A stretch of 48,307 bases of DNA from Phycisphaeraceae bacterium (lineage in GTDB: Bacteria > Planctomycetota > Phycisphaerae > Phycisphaerales > Phycisphaeraceae), in NCBI GenBank assembly GCA_029260675.1, contig JAJDCV010000282.1:1-48307 (forward strand), read 5' to 3'. A program made the position numbers and the translations under genes. The notes below the pieces were generated by a model, which was not told the DNA's origin, ran no database searches, and was given only the letters and a program-made list of their open reading frames with translations. Positions 17,769-26,177 of this stretch are shown here, one piece after another. Numbering within the stretch: position 1 is the first letter of the stretch; each line of letters begins with the position of its first letter.

Positions 17769-17784
17769 TGCAAATGGCGTACCT
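17769..17784 (-). promoter_or_regulatory. sigma-54 type -24/-12 promoter
   Basis: Minus strand reads AGGTACGCCATTTGCA against the consensus TGGCACG-N4-TTGCW. The GG-N10-GC spacing is correct. It lies about 85 nt upstream of the tetrahaem ATG. Confidence 0.55.
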
Positions 17785-18066
17785 AAAGTAAAATGAGTCT
17801 TTTGATCCCCTGGTCGCCGTGTCAGACTGAAAAAACGACTTTCCTTGCCCCTTCTAGACCCCGGCATCCATAATTGAGAATGCACGGGCCGGCGATAGTC
17901 CATTCCCGAGAACCCCAACCTCGGGGCCTTGATTACACTTCCGGATTAATCCCGATGCGATTCAAACACCGCTCCAGGATCCGAGAAACCCCCTAAATCT
18001 CCAGGATTCTCAAGTCTACGCAATAGCTGCAACCCGGGGATCCGTGTCTGGATATGGCGGTTCACC

Positions 18067-19134
18067 TCACGGGCCGTCAGCTGTTTCAGCCGGGCCCAAA
18101 CCCTCTGCCGCCGTGCTCTTCTCAAAGGCGTTGCGGTAGGCATTCGATGCCTGCTCATACTCGCCCGCCTGCTGGTGGACCCGGCCCAGGAAGTAGAAGG
18201 CGTCGGCGGGGTCGGGGTTGATTTTCAGGGCCTCGGTCAGCGCGGTGCGAGCCTCGTCGAAACGTTCCAGCGCGACCAGCGCTCGTCCGCGCAGGGTTTG
18301 GATGCGCCAAGGGGGGACCAGGCCGGGCTCGAGCGCATCAAGAACCACCAGGGCCTCGGCGGGCTCGCCGATCATCAGATGGACCTGGGCCAGTGTCAGG
18401 CGGAGTTCAAGGTCGTCGGGGTTGGTGTCCAGCCCGCGTTTTAATTCTTCATGCGCGAGTTTGATCTGACCTTTTTCCAGGAGTCTCTGCGCCAGGTGCA
18501 GGTGGCGTGAGGCGACGTGGTTCGGGGTGCTCCCGACCGTGCCGTTGGTATCCAAGCGTTTCTTGAGTGCTTCGCTGTCGATCGTGCCCCGGGTAAATTC
18601 CAGGTAGGCCCGCATGTCTTTGGTATAGGACTCCCGCAGCCCCGGGAGGCGTGCGATGCGTTCGCCTTGGTCGTTGACGATGACGGTGCTGGGCCAGACG
18701 CGGACCGACATCAGGCCGGACGCTTCGTAATCCGGATCCACCACGACCGGCCAGGGCCACTTTTCCGACCCGGTTAGCTGGGCGGCACCGACCCCCGCGC
18801 CGTGCCCACTGACCACGGCGATGGGCTGCACATCCGCCCCGGTCGCCTCGTCGGTTAAAATCGCACGCAGCTGAGTCATCGCCTCGTCGCTGCGCGCCTG
18901 GTCGGCCATCACGAACAGAACGATGCTGATCTTCCCGGGCGCGGGCACCGAGACGTCTTTGTCGGCGGTGTCGGTCGCCCGCCAGCGGATGGGCTGAGGC
19001 GTTTCCGCCACGTCTTCCTGTCCGTATGCCGTGATGCCGGCGAACAGCGCGGCGAGACACGCGATCACGGGGTACAGCGTTCTCGGGTTGTGATTCGGAT
19101 TGGGTGTGTTGTGTGTCATGTTTGTTGCCCTCAC
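18067..19134 (-). CDS. membrane-anchored CXXC-less redoxin (TlpA-like fold) fused to TPR repeats
   Basis: The GTG at 19134 overlaps the upstream cytochrome stop (GTGA). An alternative ATG at 19119 has GAGGG upstream. The redoxin-like segment ISIVLFVMADQARSDEAM lacks the CXXC. The C-terminal half carries TPR-like repeats (...ALKINPDPADAFYFLGRVHQQAGEYEQA...). It is a paralogue of 28944..30008. Confidence 0.7.
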   Translation of the reverse strand: MRATNMTHNTPNPNHNPRTLYPVIACLAALFAGITAYGQEDVAETPQPIRWRATDTADKDVSVPAPGKISIVLFVMADQARSDEAMTQLRAILTDEATGADVQPIAVVSGHGAGVGAAQLTGSEKWPWPVVVDPDYEASGLMSVRVWPSTVIVNDQGERIARLPGLRESYTKDMRAYLEFTRGTIDSEALKKRLDTNGTVGSTPNHVASRHLHLAQRLLEKGQIKLAHEELKRGLDTNPDDLELRLTLAQVHLMIGEPAEALVVLDALEPGLVPPWRIQTLRGRALVALERFDEARTALTEALKINPDPADAFYFLGRVHQQAGEYEQASNAYRNAFEKSTAAEGLGPAETADGP

Positions 19135-20549
19135 TGGGCTTTAGGTTTGTAATCGACGGGCCTGACTCGATCGTAGGCCTTGGGCTTGTGGCATCCCGGC
19201 GAGCAGGAGCCGCCGGTTTCGGTTTGTTTGTAATTGATCGGCAGTTCCCACTTGCCGTAGGGCACAGACTCCCGCAGGTGCAGCGCAAGTGTGCTGGCGT
19301 GGACGCTGTGGCAGGCGCGGCAGCTTCGGCCACGTGGGTCCTTGTTGACGTGCAGGTAGTGCATATTCGTGCGGCCGTTTCGGAAACCGGTGAGCCCCTT
19401 GGCGTCGGGCGTGAGCACCAGCTGCTCGTCGTGACATTCGAAACACAAGCGGTATGACTCGATATCAAACGGCTGGTAGAACGTCGCGGGGTACTCGTCG
19501 ATCAAGAGTTTTGCGAACTCCGAACCGTGGACGTTGTGACAACCCCCGCAGCTCCCCTCGGCGACCGGGCCGTGCTTGATGAGGTCGGGGTCCTTGACTT
19601 CCGAAACCGACGCAACCGCCCTGCCGTCGTCCGTCGTGATGGGCTGATCGTGGCAGGTCAGGCAGAGATCGACGGGCTTGTCTTTCATGAGTTTTGCCAG
19701 GTCGCCGCCGTGGGGCGTGTGGCAGTTGACGCAGCCGCGTTCCTGTGTGACGGCGGAGTGCTGGTGCTTCGCCTCGCTGACGGCCTGCTTGATGTCCTCG
19801 TGGCAGGTCGTGCAAAGCTCGCCCGGGGCCTGCTTGACCAGCATGGGGAAGTCCGTTGCGTGGGCGTTGTGACAACCCAGGCAATCCTCTTGAGCCGGCT
19901 CGTGGACAAACCCGACCTCCGTGAGTTGCTGCCGCATCTCCATGTGGCAGCCGACGCACAACTCCATGCCCGTCTCGATCAACAGCTTGGGGTTCTTGGA
20001 TGCGTGCGGCTCGTGACACATCCCGCATGCCCCGGCGGCGACCGGGCCATGAACAAATTGCTTGTCGCCTACCACGTCCTGATGGCAAGATGCACACAGC
20101 TCGCTCATCGAAGGCTTCTTCAGTGAGTTGCGATCGAACCCGCCGTGGGGGTCGTGGCATCCTGTGCAGTCGCGCGTGACCAGCGGGTCGTGAAGCGTCT
20201 GGGCGTCTTCGACCTCGATCACGTGGCAGAAGGTGCAGGCATCCGCCTTCTCGCGCGCGGGAACGTAGCTGTGGGTTTTGGCGTCGGTGAGTGTGTGGCA
20301 GGCGTCGCAGGCGTTGACGTTTACCGGGCCGTGCAGCACGTCGTGGCGCTTGACGTTCGCGTGACAGTCCGCGGTGACGCAGCTGACCTGCTCGATCTCG
20401 GTGGTGGGCTTGGAGGGGGCTTGGGCAGCCAACTCCCCGGCGTTGGCTGGATCAGATGCGGGGGCCTGGGCGCGGAGCGTGGTCGCGATGCCCGCGAGTC
20501 CGATCGCCACGATCAACAAGAAGGCCGAGGTTAGGTGGTAGTACTTCAT
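19131..20549 (-). CDS. 15-haem-motif c-type cytochrome (paralogue 1)
   Basis: 13 CXXCH motifs plus an N-terminal CVTADCH (CX4CH) and a C-terminal GGSCSPGCH (CX3CH). It has a signal peptide. The ATG overlaps the upstream gene stop (ATGA). Confidence 0.85.
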   Translation of the reverse strand: MKYYHLTSAFLLIVAIGLAGIATTLRAQAPASDPANAGELAAQAPSKPTTEIEQVSCVTADCHANVKRHDVLHGPVNVNACDACHTLTDAKTHSYVPAREKADACTFCHVIEVEDAQTLHDPLVTRDCTGCHDPHGGFDRNSLKKPSMSELCASCHQDVVGDKQFVHGPVAAGACGMCHEPHASKNPKLLIETGMELCVGCHMEMRQQLTEVGFVHEPAQEDCLGCHNAHATDFPMLVKQAPGELCTTCHEDIKQAVSEAKHQHSAVTQERGCVNCHTPHGGDLAKLMKDKPVDLCLTCHDQPITTDDGRAVASVSEVKDPDLIKHGPVAEGSCGGCHNVHGSEFAKLLIDEYPATFYQPFDIESYRLCFECHDEQLVLTPDAKGLTGFRNGRTNMHYLHVNKDPRGRSCRACHSVHASTLALHLRESVPYGKWELPINYKQTETGGSCSPGCHKPKAYDRVRPVDYKPKAQ

Positions 20550-22174
20550 GAAGGGTCCCCATCTGTGGAGGTATCGCCGGGCCGGATCGTGGTCGGCGAC
20601 GGGTCAGCCGGTGGCGTTGCCGGGGGTGTCGCCGGGGGTGTCGGCTTGGGTGTCGGCCCACTGGAACGCCGGTAGGTTTTTTGTTCGTGGCATCCCGGTG
20701 AGCACGACCCGCCGTTCTCGGTCTTTGTGAAATTGATGGGCATGGCCCACTGCGAACCCTCGAAAGGCACGTCGGCGGCGATGTGGTCCGGGCGGTCGCT
20801 GCCGTGGATGTCGTGGCAGGCCTTGCAGGTCCGGCCTTTCTTGTCGCGATGGACGTGCAGGTAGTGCAGGTTCTGATCGCCCTCGCGGAAGCCGGTGAGC
20901 TGATCGGTGGTCTCGGTCAGCACCAGGTCGGCGCTGTGGCAGCTGAAGCACAGCGCGTAGTTAGTGAGGTCGAACGAGGCGTAGAAGGTGTCGGGGAAGG
21001 ATTGTCGCAGGAGGCGGGCGTTCTCGCCGCCGTGGACGCTGTGGCAGGCCGCGCAGTCCCCGGCTCGCACGGGCCCGTGCAGGAAACGGCGGTTCAGGGT
21101 CGACTGCATGTCGGCGATGGTCCGGCCGTCGGTCGCCTCGATGGGTTCGTTGTGGCATCGCATGCACAGGTGGTCGGCCCGGTCACGAAGCAGGTTCGGG
21201 CCGGCCGCGGCGTGTGGGTCGTGGCAGTTGGCACAGCCGTCTTCGATAAACAGCGCATCGTGCGATACCGGCTGCGATTTGATGCGCTCGGCCATCTGCT
21301 CGTGACAAGCGAAGCAGCTATCCGCAACCGGGGCGGGTAACTGATACGGGAACGCGCTGGTATGTGCGTCGTGACAACCGGTGCAGTTCTCTTTGGCGGG
21401 CTCGTGGATAAACGGCGAGTTCGCGAGCTTGACCTGGATACCCGTGTGGCAACTGAAACAGTGATCGGGCTGCTCACCCTGGCGCAGCAGGTTGCTTGCG
21501 TTGGCCTCGTGTGGTTGGTGGCAGACGGTGCACTGACCAGAAGCAAACGGGCCGTGGGCGTACTTCTGTAACGGTGTTTCGTGGCACGTCGCGCAGGTTA
21601 GTTCGATGCTCGGCTGTGTCAGCAGAAACTTGGCGTCGGACCGGTGCGGGTCGTGGCAGGCGACACAGCCTGAGTCCTCAATCGCCGCGTGCTGTTGTGT
21701 GCGTGCGCCGAGGACGGGATGGCAGAAGGTGCAGGTCTGGTTGCCGGCTCGTTTCATGGGGTAGACATGGGCACCGGCATCGGGCTCGTGGCAGGACTGG
21801 CAGTTGGCGACCGCAACCGGGCCGTGGACGTGCTTGGCGTTGACCAGGCCGGTGTGGCAGCCGGGCGTGACGCACGAAGCGTCTTCAGGCAGAGCCGTAG
21901 TCGGGCGGGGCAAAGACTCGACGGGGTCGGTCATCTGCAAGGCGTCTATACCGGCGGGGTCAGGGTGTTGGGTTTTAGTTCCGATGGGCGATTCGTAGTG
22001 CCCGGTTGACGCCGCGGCGGGCGCATCGGTCTTGCGTGCCGACCCGTCTGGGTCGCTCGGTTCTTCGTGCCCACAGCCCGAGAGCAATAGAAACAGGCAC
22101 ACACAAAGCAAACCCGGCGCGCATCGCCTCCACCTGCTGGGACCGGCTCGTGATTTAGCCGGGCGTTGGATCAC
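20546..22174 (-). CDS. 15-haem-motif c-type cytochrome lipoprotein (paralogue 2)
   Basis: The GTG start overlaps the upstream stop (GTGA). Lipobox LLLSGC. It has 13 CXXCH motifs plus CVTPGCH and GGSCSPGCH, and a Pro/Thr-rich tail PTPKPTPPATPPATPPADPSP. Confidence 0.85.
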   Translation of the reverse strand: MIQRPAKSRAGPSRWRRCAPGLLCVCLFLLLSGCGHEEPSDPDGSARKTDAPAAASTGHYESPIGTKTQHPDPAGIDALQMTDPVESLPRPTTALPEDASCVTPGCHTGLVNAKHVHGPVAVANCQSCHEPDAGAHVYPMKRAGNQTCTFCHPVLGARTQQHAAIEDSGCVACHDPHRSDAKFLLTQPSIELTCATCHETPLQKYAHGPFASGQCTVCHQPHEANASNLLRQGEQPDHCFSCHTGIQVKLANSPFIHEPAKENCTGCHDAHTSAFPYQLPAPVADSCFACHEQMAERIKSQPVSHDALFIEDGCANCHDPHAAAGPNLLRDRADHLCMRCHNEPIEATDGRTIADMQSTLNRRFLHGPVRAGDCAACHSVHGGENARLLRQSFPDTFYASFDLTNYALCFSCHSADLVLTETTDQLTGFREGDQNLHYLHVHRDKKGRTCKACHDIHGSDRPDHIAADVPFEGSQWAMPINFTKTENGGSCSPGCHEQKTYRRSSGPTPKPTPPATPPATPPADPSPTTIRPGDTSTDGDPS

Positions 22175-23718
22175 GGCTGCGCCTCGCTTGGGGTGGCATC
22201 GATCCGGGGCACGGATTTCAGTGCGTCCAGAGTGTATTTGTAGTTCTCGATCGAGACGTTGAGCAGGGCCGTCGCGTAGGTGACGTTGTGCACGCCGTGA
22301 CCGAGTTCGACCAGGCGGACATTGTGATCCGCGTCGTCCATGAGGCGTTGGAGCTTGAGAAGCTCATCGGGCGGTATCACCGCGGCAGCCAGATCCCCGC
22401 TTGCCAGTATTTGCTGCTGTTTGGTGTATGCCAGGTGCTCGCCGATCGTGTCACGCCACTCTTCGAGCACACCGCTGTAATGACCTTCATGGCAGTAATC
22501 ACAGGAGGCCTGGGCCGCGAGGTAGGTTTGCCCGGTGACCTCGGCGACTTCCTGGCTGAACTCACGCTGCTGGTGGCACGCAACGCAATCGACCTGGGCG
22601 CTATACATCGGGCTGGGCATGTCCGGCACGCCCCGGCCACCGATACCGCTGTACAAATTAGCCGGGCCGTTGTGCGACAGGTCGTGGCACTGGGCACAGC
22701 TGCTCTTCTCCCCGCCGACATGCGGGTCCGGCCCCGCCATCAACCCCCCCGTAGCCGCGAGCCCGGCCGTGAGGTGGTGCACGATCTGCACGTGGCAGCT
22801 GGAGCACTCGACCTTGTGATCGGTGATGTGCGTCTTGTGCATGAAGCTGGTCTCGCCGTAACGGGCAACCTGCGTCGCTTTGTTGTGGCAGGTCCAGCAC
22901 AGCTGCTTGGGCACGGCCCCGTCGCCCGATACCGCGTCGACATGACAGTTTTCACACGTCACACCACGGTCGATGTAGTCTTCGTGATTGAATACCCCTG
23001 TCGCGAGCTTGATCTCCGAAGCCGGTGCTTCGTGGCACGATCGGCATCCGCCCAGCGTCTGGTCGTCGCGCCCGTGTTCCAGGCCTTTGAAATGGCACAG
23101 GAAGCAGGTGTCCAGCGTCACGACCAGGTGCTGACCCTGCACGATCTGGGAGTGGCACGACACGCACCGCAGCTCCTTGCCCCGTCGAAGATCGGTCAGG
23201 TGCGGCGTGTGGTCGAACTTGATCGTGATCTCCGTGCCGCGCTGGGTTTGGATTGGCCAGTCGACTTTGCCTTCGAGCAGGCGTTGGCTGTGGCATTCCT
23301 CACGCATACACGAGCTGTCCCGGACCTCCGCGTGGGGCTTGGAGCCGTAGGTGTTGGTGATGTATTTCACGCCCTGGCTGGAGGCCTGCCACTTGCCTTG
23401 AAGCGTCTTCTCGATCCCCGGCTCGAAGTGGCACAGCACACACGCCACGTCTTTGTGCGTCGAGGTGTGCCAGGCCTGGTAATACGGCTCCATGATGTGA
23501 CATGACCGGCAGAAATCCGGCTGCATCGAGTACTCGGCAAAGCCCAACGACCCGACGACAAATCCCACTAATACCAACAACACCCATCCCCACCGGCTTG
23601 GTACGACGCGCAGCCATCGCCCTTCCCGCCGGCGCAAACCCAGCCACCGCCAGCCACGCAGGCGATGATCGGGAGCCGACACTTCTTCGATAGGACGATC
23701 CGAATTCTCTGCACACAT
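22171..23718 (-). CDS. membrane-anchored NapC/NirT/NrfH-type multihaem cytochrome (12 motifs)
   Basis: A single N-terminal TM segment (WGWVLLVLVGFVVGSLGF) is followed by FCRSCHIMEPYYQAWHTSTHKDVACVLCH, the classic NapC/NirT start. In total there are 11 CXXCH motifs plus CMREECH (CX4CH). Confidence 0.8.
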   Translation of the reverse strand: MCAENSDRPIEEVSAPDHRLRGWRWLGLRRREGRWLRVVPSRWGWVLLVLVGFVVGSLGFAEYSMQPDFCRSCHIMEPYYQAWHTSTHKDVACVLCHFEPGIEKTLQGKWQASSQGVKYITNTYGSKPHAEVRDSSCMREECHSQRLLEGKVDWPIQTQRGTEITIKFDHTPHLTDLRRGKELRCVSCHSQIVQGQHLVVTLDTCFLCHFKGLEHGRDDQTLGGCRSCHEAPASEIKLATGVFNHEDYIDRGVTCENCHVDAVSGDGAVPKQLCWTCHNKATQVARYGETSFMHKTHITDHKVECSSCHVQIVHHLTAGLAATGGLMAGPDPHVGGEKSSCAQCHDLSHNGPANLYSGIGGRGVPDMPSPMYSAQVDCVACHQQREFSQEVAEVTGQTYLAAQASCDYCHEGHYSGVLEEWRDTIGEHLAYTKQQQILASGDLAAAVIPPDELLKLQRLMDDADHNVRLVELGHGVHNVTYATALLNVSIENYKYTLDALKSVPRIDATPSEAQP

Positions 23719-23730
23719 AATGGATGACTC

Positions 23731-25926
23731 CTAGATCAAACCAAGCCCCGCCAGGACGATCAACGTGACCATCGCCAGCCCGATCGACATCGCCAATACA
23801 CCTATGACTAAAGAGGCCCTGCGCTGCCAAACCGGTGGCGTCTCCATACGCAGCGACTCCAGTTCGCCCGACTGCCTCAGCTGGCGGTATTCCATCGGCC
23901 GTTCGTGACGCAACTCGTCCTCGTCCACCACCCCGGTGAAGATCACATCATCCACCGGGAACTTCTCCGGGCGCAGATTCGCGTTAAAGAAGTGGATCGT
24001 AAAGATGAACCCCACCGCCAGCAGCGCTTCATACCCGTGCACGATGGTTGCGATGTTGAATCCCCACCCCGGGATGACGATCGAGAACACCGCGGGGAAC
24101 CAGAGCATCAACCCGGTGCCCCCGATGATGAAAGTCCCGACGATCTCGGCCCAGTAGTCGAACTTTTCCCAGTAGGTCCAACGGTCAAGCGCCGGCTTGC
24201 CCTTGCCGGTGAAGAACCAGCGGAACATCCCCAGGCAATCGGAGAAATCCTTGAGCCTGGGCAGGAGGGTGTGCGGGCCGGTGAGGAGTTTACGCGCCGG
24301 TTGCCGGCTGAATCGTTTGTAGATCCCCACGAAATGGATCACGAAATTCAAGCACAGGATGATCGCAAAGAGCCGATGCCAGAGCCCCGCGGCGTACCCC
24401 CCGCCCAGCATCACGGTCAACCCCTTGGCCCATCCCTGGTCGGAGAAGAACAAAGGCATCCCGGTCAGTGTCAGCCCGAAGAAGGTGATCGCGACCAGCG
24501 CGTGGTTCAGCCGGTTGATCTTGCGGAAACGCTTGATCGACTTGCCCTTGGCGGCGGTGTGCAGCTTCGCCTTGCGTGCGGTGTGTCGGCGGCGCTCGAT
24601 CAGCGACCGGATCAGCCACAGCACCGAGTGCACGCCGTAGAACACGAACGTGATGCTCATCAGGATCACGAAGTAGAGCCAGACGCCGTGGAGGATCGGG
24701 AAGTTCTCCCCGTCACGGTAATCGGCGTGCGGCATGAACTGTGCGAACTTGGCGTTGGCGGATTTGTGACAGGATCGGCAGGTGTCCACGAGGTTGTCCG
24801 CGTGAAGCCGGGACATCGGGTCGGCGACCGGCTGGATGTCGTGCGCCCCGTGGCAGTCGCTGCACCGGGCGGCCCGGCTGGAGCCCAGCTCGTTGACCTG
24901 CCCGTGATAACTCATCCGGTAGGTTTCGTAGAGCGAGGCCTTACCCCGCTTGTCGTTGTCGATGCGGTCGTGGCACTGACCGCACTCCCCGATGATGTCA
25001 CGCATAAACCCGGGGGTGGCGGCGTGGGTGATCGCGTGGGAGGCGTGGCAGTCGCTGCAGACCGGGGCGTTGGGGTCGCCTGCCGTGAGCTTTTGGCCGT
25101 GGATGCTGTTGGCGTAGACCTCCTCGATGCCGCGGTGGCATTGGCCGCAGGTTTCGGGGACCTGATTACGATGGATCTTTGAGGCCTCGTCGGCGGCGGG
25201 CCTGATTTCGTGCCCGCCGTGACAGTCGGCGCAGGTCGCGGCGACGATCAGCCCCGCCATCTTCACCGCCCGGCCGTGGACGCTCTGCATGTAGCTCTGA
25301 ACGTATTCGGTCTCATCGTGCCCGTTGGTTGTCTTCTCCTGGTGCTGGCTGTGGCAGCCACCGCAGAGATTGATGACGTTCAGCGGGTAGGTTTTCGACC
25401 GGCGGTCCGAGGACGGGTAGACGTCGTGCCCGCCGTGGCAATCGGCACAGGACGGCGCGCGGACGTCCCCGTCGGCGGCCGCCTCGGCATGGATGCCCCG
25501 GCGGTGTTCGGCCGCGGCCGGCTCGTGACAACTGGCCGTGCAACTGGCCGGCTCGAGTGTCATCGCGTGAGGCAAGACCTCCGCGTCCTGGTGGCAATCC
25601 GTGCATGCCAGCGCGGCGTGCGGGCCGTCCATAAGCGCATCAGGCGGCGTGAAAAGCGTTGGCCGGGATTCGGACTGACGATCCAGCAACATCGGGTCCT
25701 GCGGCGGCGCGACCATCGACCGGCGTTCCGATGGAGACAGGTCGGTGATCCGCCGTTGGCCGTGGCAGTCGTAGCAGCGGTCGTTCTGGGTCTGGGCCTG
25801 GGTCAACCTGACCGCCTGTGCCTGAGGCCAAGGCCCGGTCACCAGGAGAGCAACCATCGCCAGCAGGCCGGACGCGGCTAGACCGGCGGCGGTGGGATTG
25901 CTCGAGATCGGTTTCGGCCTTGGCAT
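23731..25926 (-). CDS. CbcL-like fusion: periplasmic multihaem c domain (11 motifs) plus C-terminal b-type cytochrome membrane domain (HydC/FdnI-like)
   Basis: Signal peptide, then 10 CXXCH motifs plus CTASCH. About six TM helices follow, with conserved His residues (NHALVAITFFG, LWHRLFAIILCLNFVIHF, IVHGYEALLAVGFIFTIHFFN). Confidence 0.8.
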   Translation of the reverse strand: MPRPKPISSNPTAAGLAASGLLAMVALLVTGPWPQAQAVRLTQAQTQNDRCYDCHGQRRITDLSPSERRSMVAPPQDPMLLDRQSESRPTLFTPPDALMDGPHAALACTDCHQDAEVLPHAMTLEPASCTASCHEPAAAEHRRGIHAEAAADGDVRAPSCADCHGGHDVYPSSDRRSKTYPLNVINLCGGCHSQHQEKTTNGHDETEYVQSYMQSVHGRAVKMAGLIVAATCADCHGGHEIRPAADEASKIHRNQVPETCGQCHRGIEEVYANSIHGQKLTAGDPNAPVCSDCHASHAITHAATPGFMRDIIGECGQCHDRIDNDKRGKASLYETYRMSYHGQVNELGSSRAARCSDCHGAHDIQPVADPMSRLHADNLVDTCRSCHKSANAKFAQFMPHADYRDGENFPILHGVWLYFVILMSITFVFYGVHSVLWLIRSLIERRRHTARKAKLHTAAKGKSIKRFRKINRLNHALVAITFFGLTLTGMPLFFSDQGWAKGLTVMLGGGYAAGLWHRLFAIILCLNFVIHFVGIYKRFSRQPARKLLTGPHTLLPRLKDFSDCLGMFRWFFTGKGKPALDRWTYWEKFDYWAEIVGTFIIGGTGLMLWFPAVFSIVIPGWGFNIATIVHGYEALLAVGFIFTIHFFNANLRPEKFPVDDVIFTGVVDEDELRHERPMEYRQLRQSGELESLRMETPPVWQRRASLVIGVLAMSIGLAMVTLIVLAGLGLI

Positions 25927-26010
25927 ACTTGACCCTCGCCGTGGTTGAGCTGCGGTAAGCCAGGTGACATGCGCCCTGGGCGCAAACTTACCGCAATGTA
26001 TGGGTCAGTC

Positions 26011-26026
26011 TGCATACCCCATGCCA
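26011..26026 (-). promoter_or_regulatory. sigma-54 type -24/-12 promoter
   Basis: Minus strand reads TGGCATGGGGTATGCA with correct GG-N10-GC spacing. It lies about 85 nt upstream of the ATG at 25926. Confidence 0.55.
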
Positions 26027-26074
26027 AGCGGCAGCGACTTAAAGCCAGCTATAAACGTATGTTAATCCCGGGCG

Positions 26075-26090
26075 TTCTCATGGTTGAGAA
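26075..26090. promoter_or_regulatory. perfect palindrome TTCTCA-TGGT-TGAGAA (extended GCGTTCTCATGGTTGAGAATGC), candidate upstream activator site
   Basis: Read directly. It is centred roughly 80-85 nt upstream of the predicted start of the 26011..26026 sigma-54 promoter. Confidence 0.4.
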
Positions 26091-26177
26091 TGCGTAGGGC
26101 CCCTCGCTCCCGATCGCAAGAGACCGGAAACAGACCTGCGGGTACGCCGCTATGCCATTGTGATGATGGGCGGTGGG

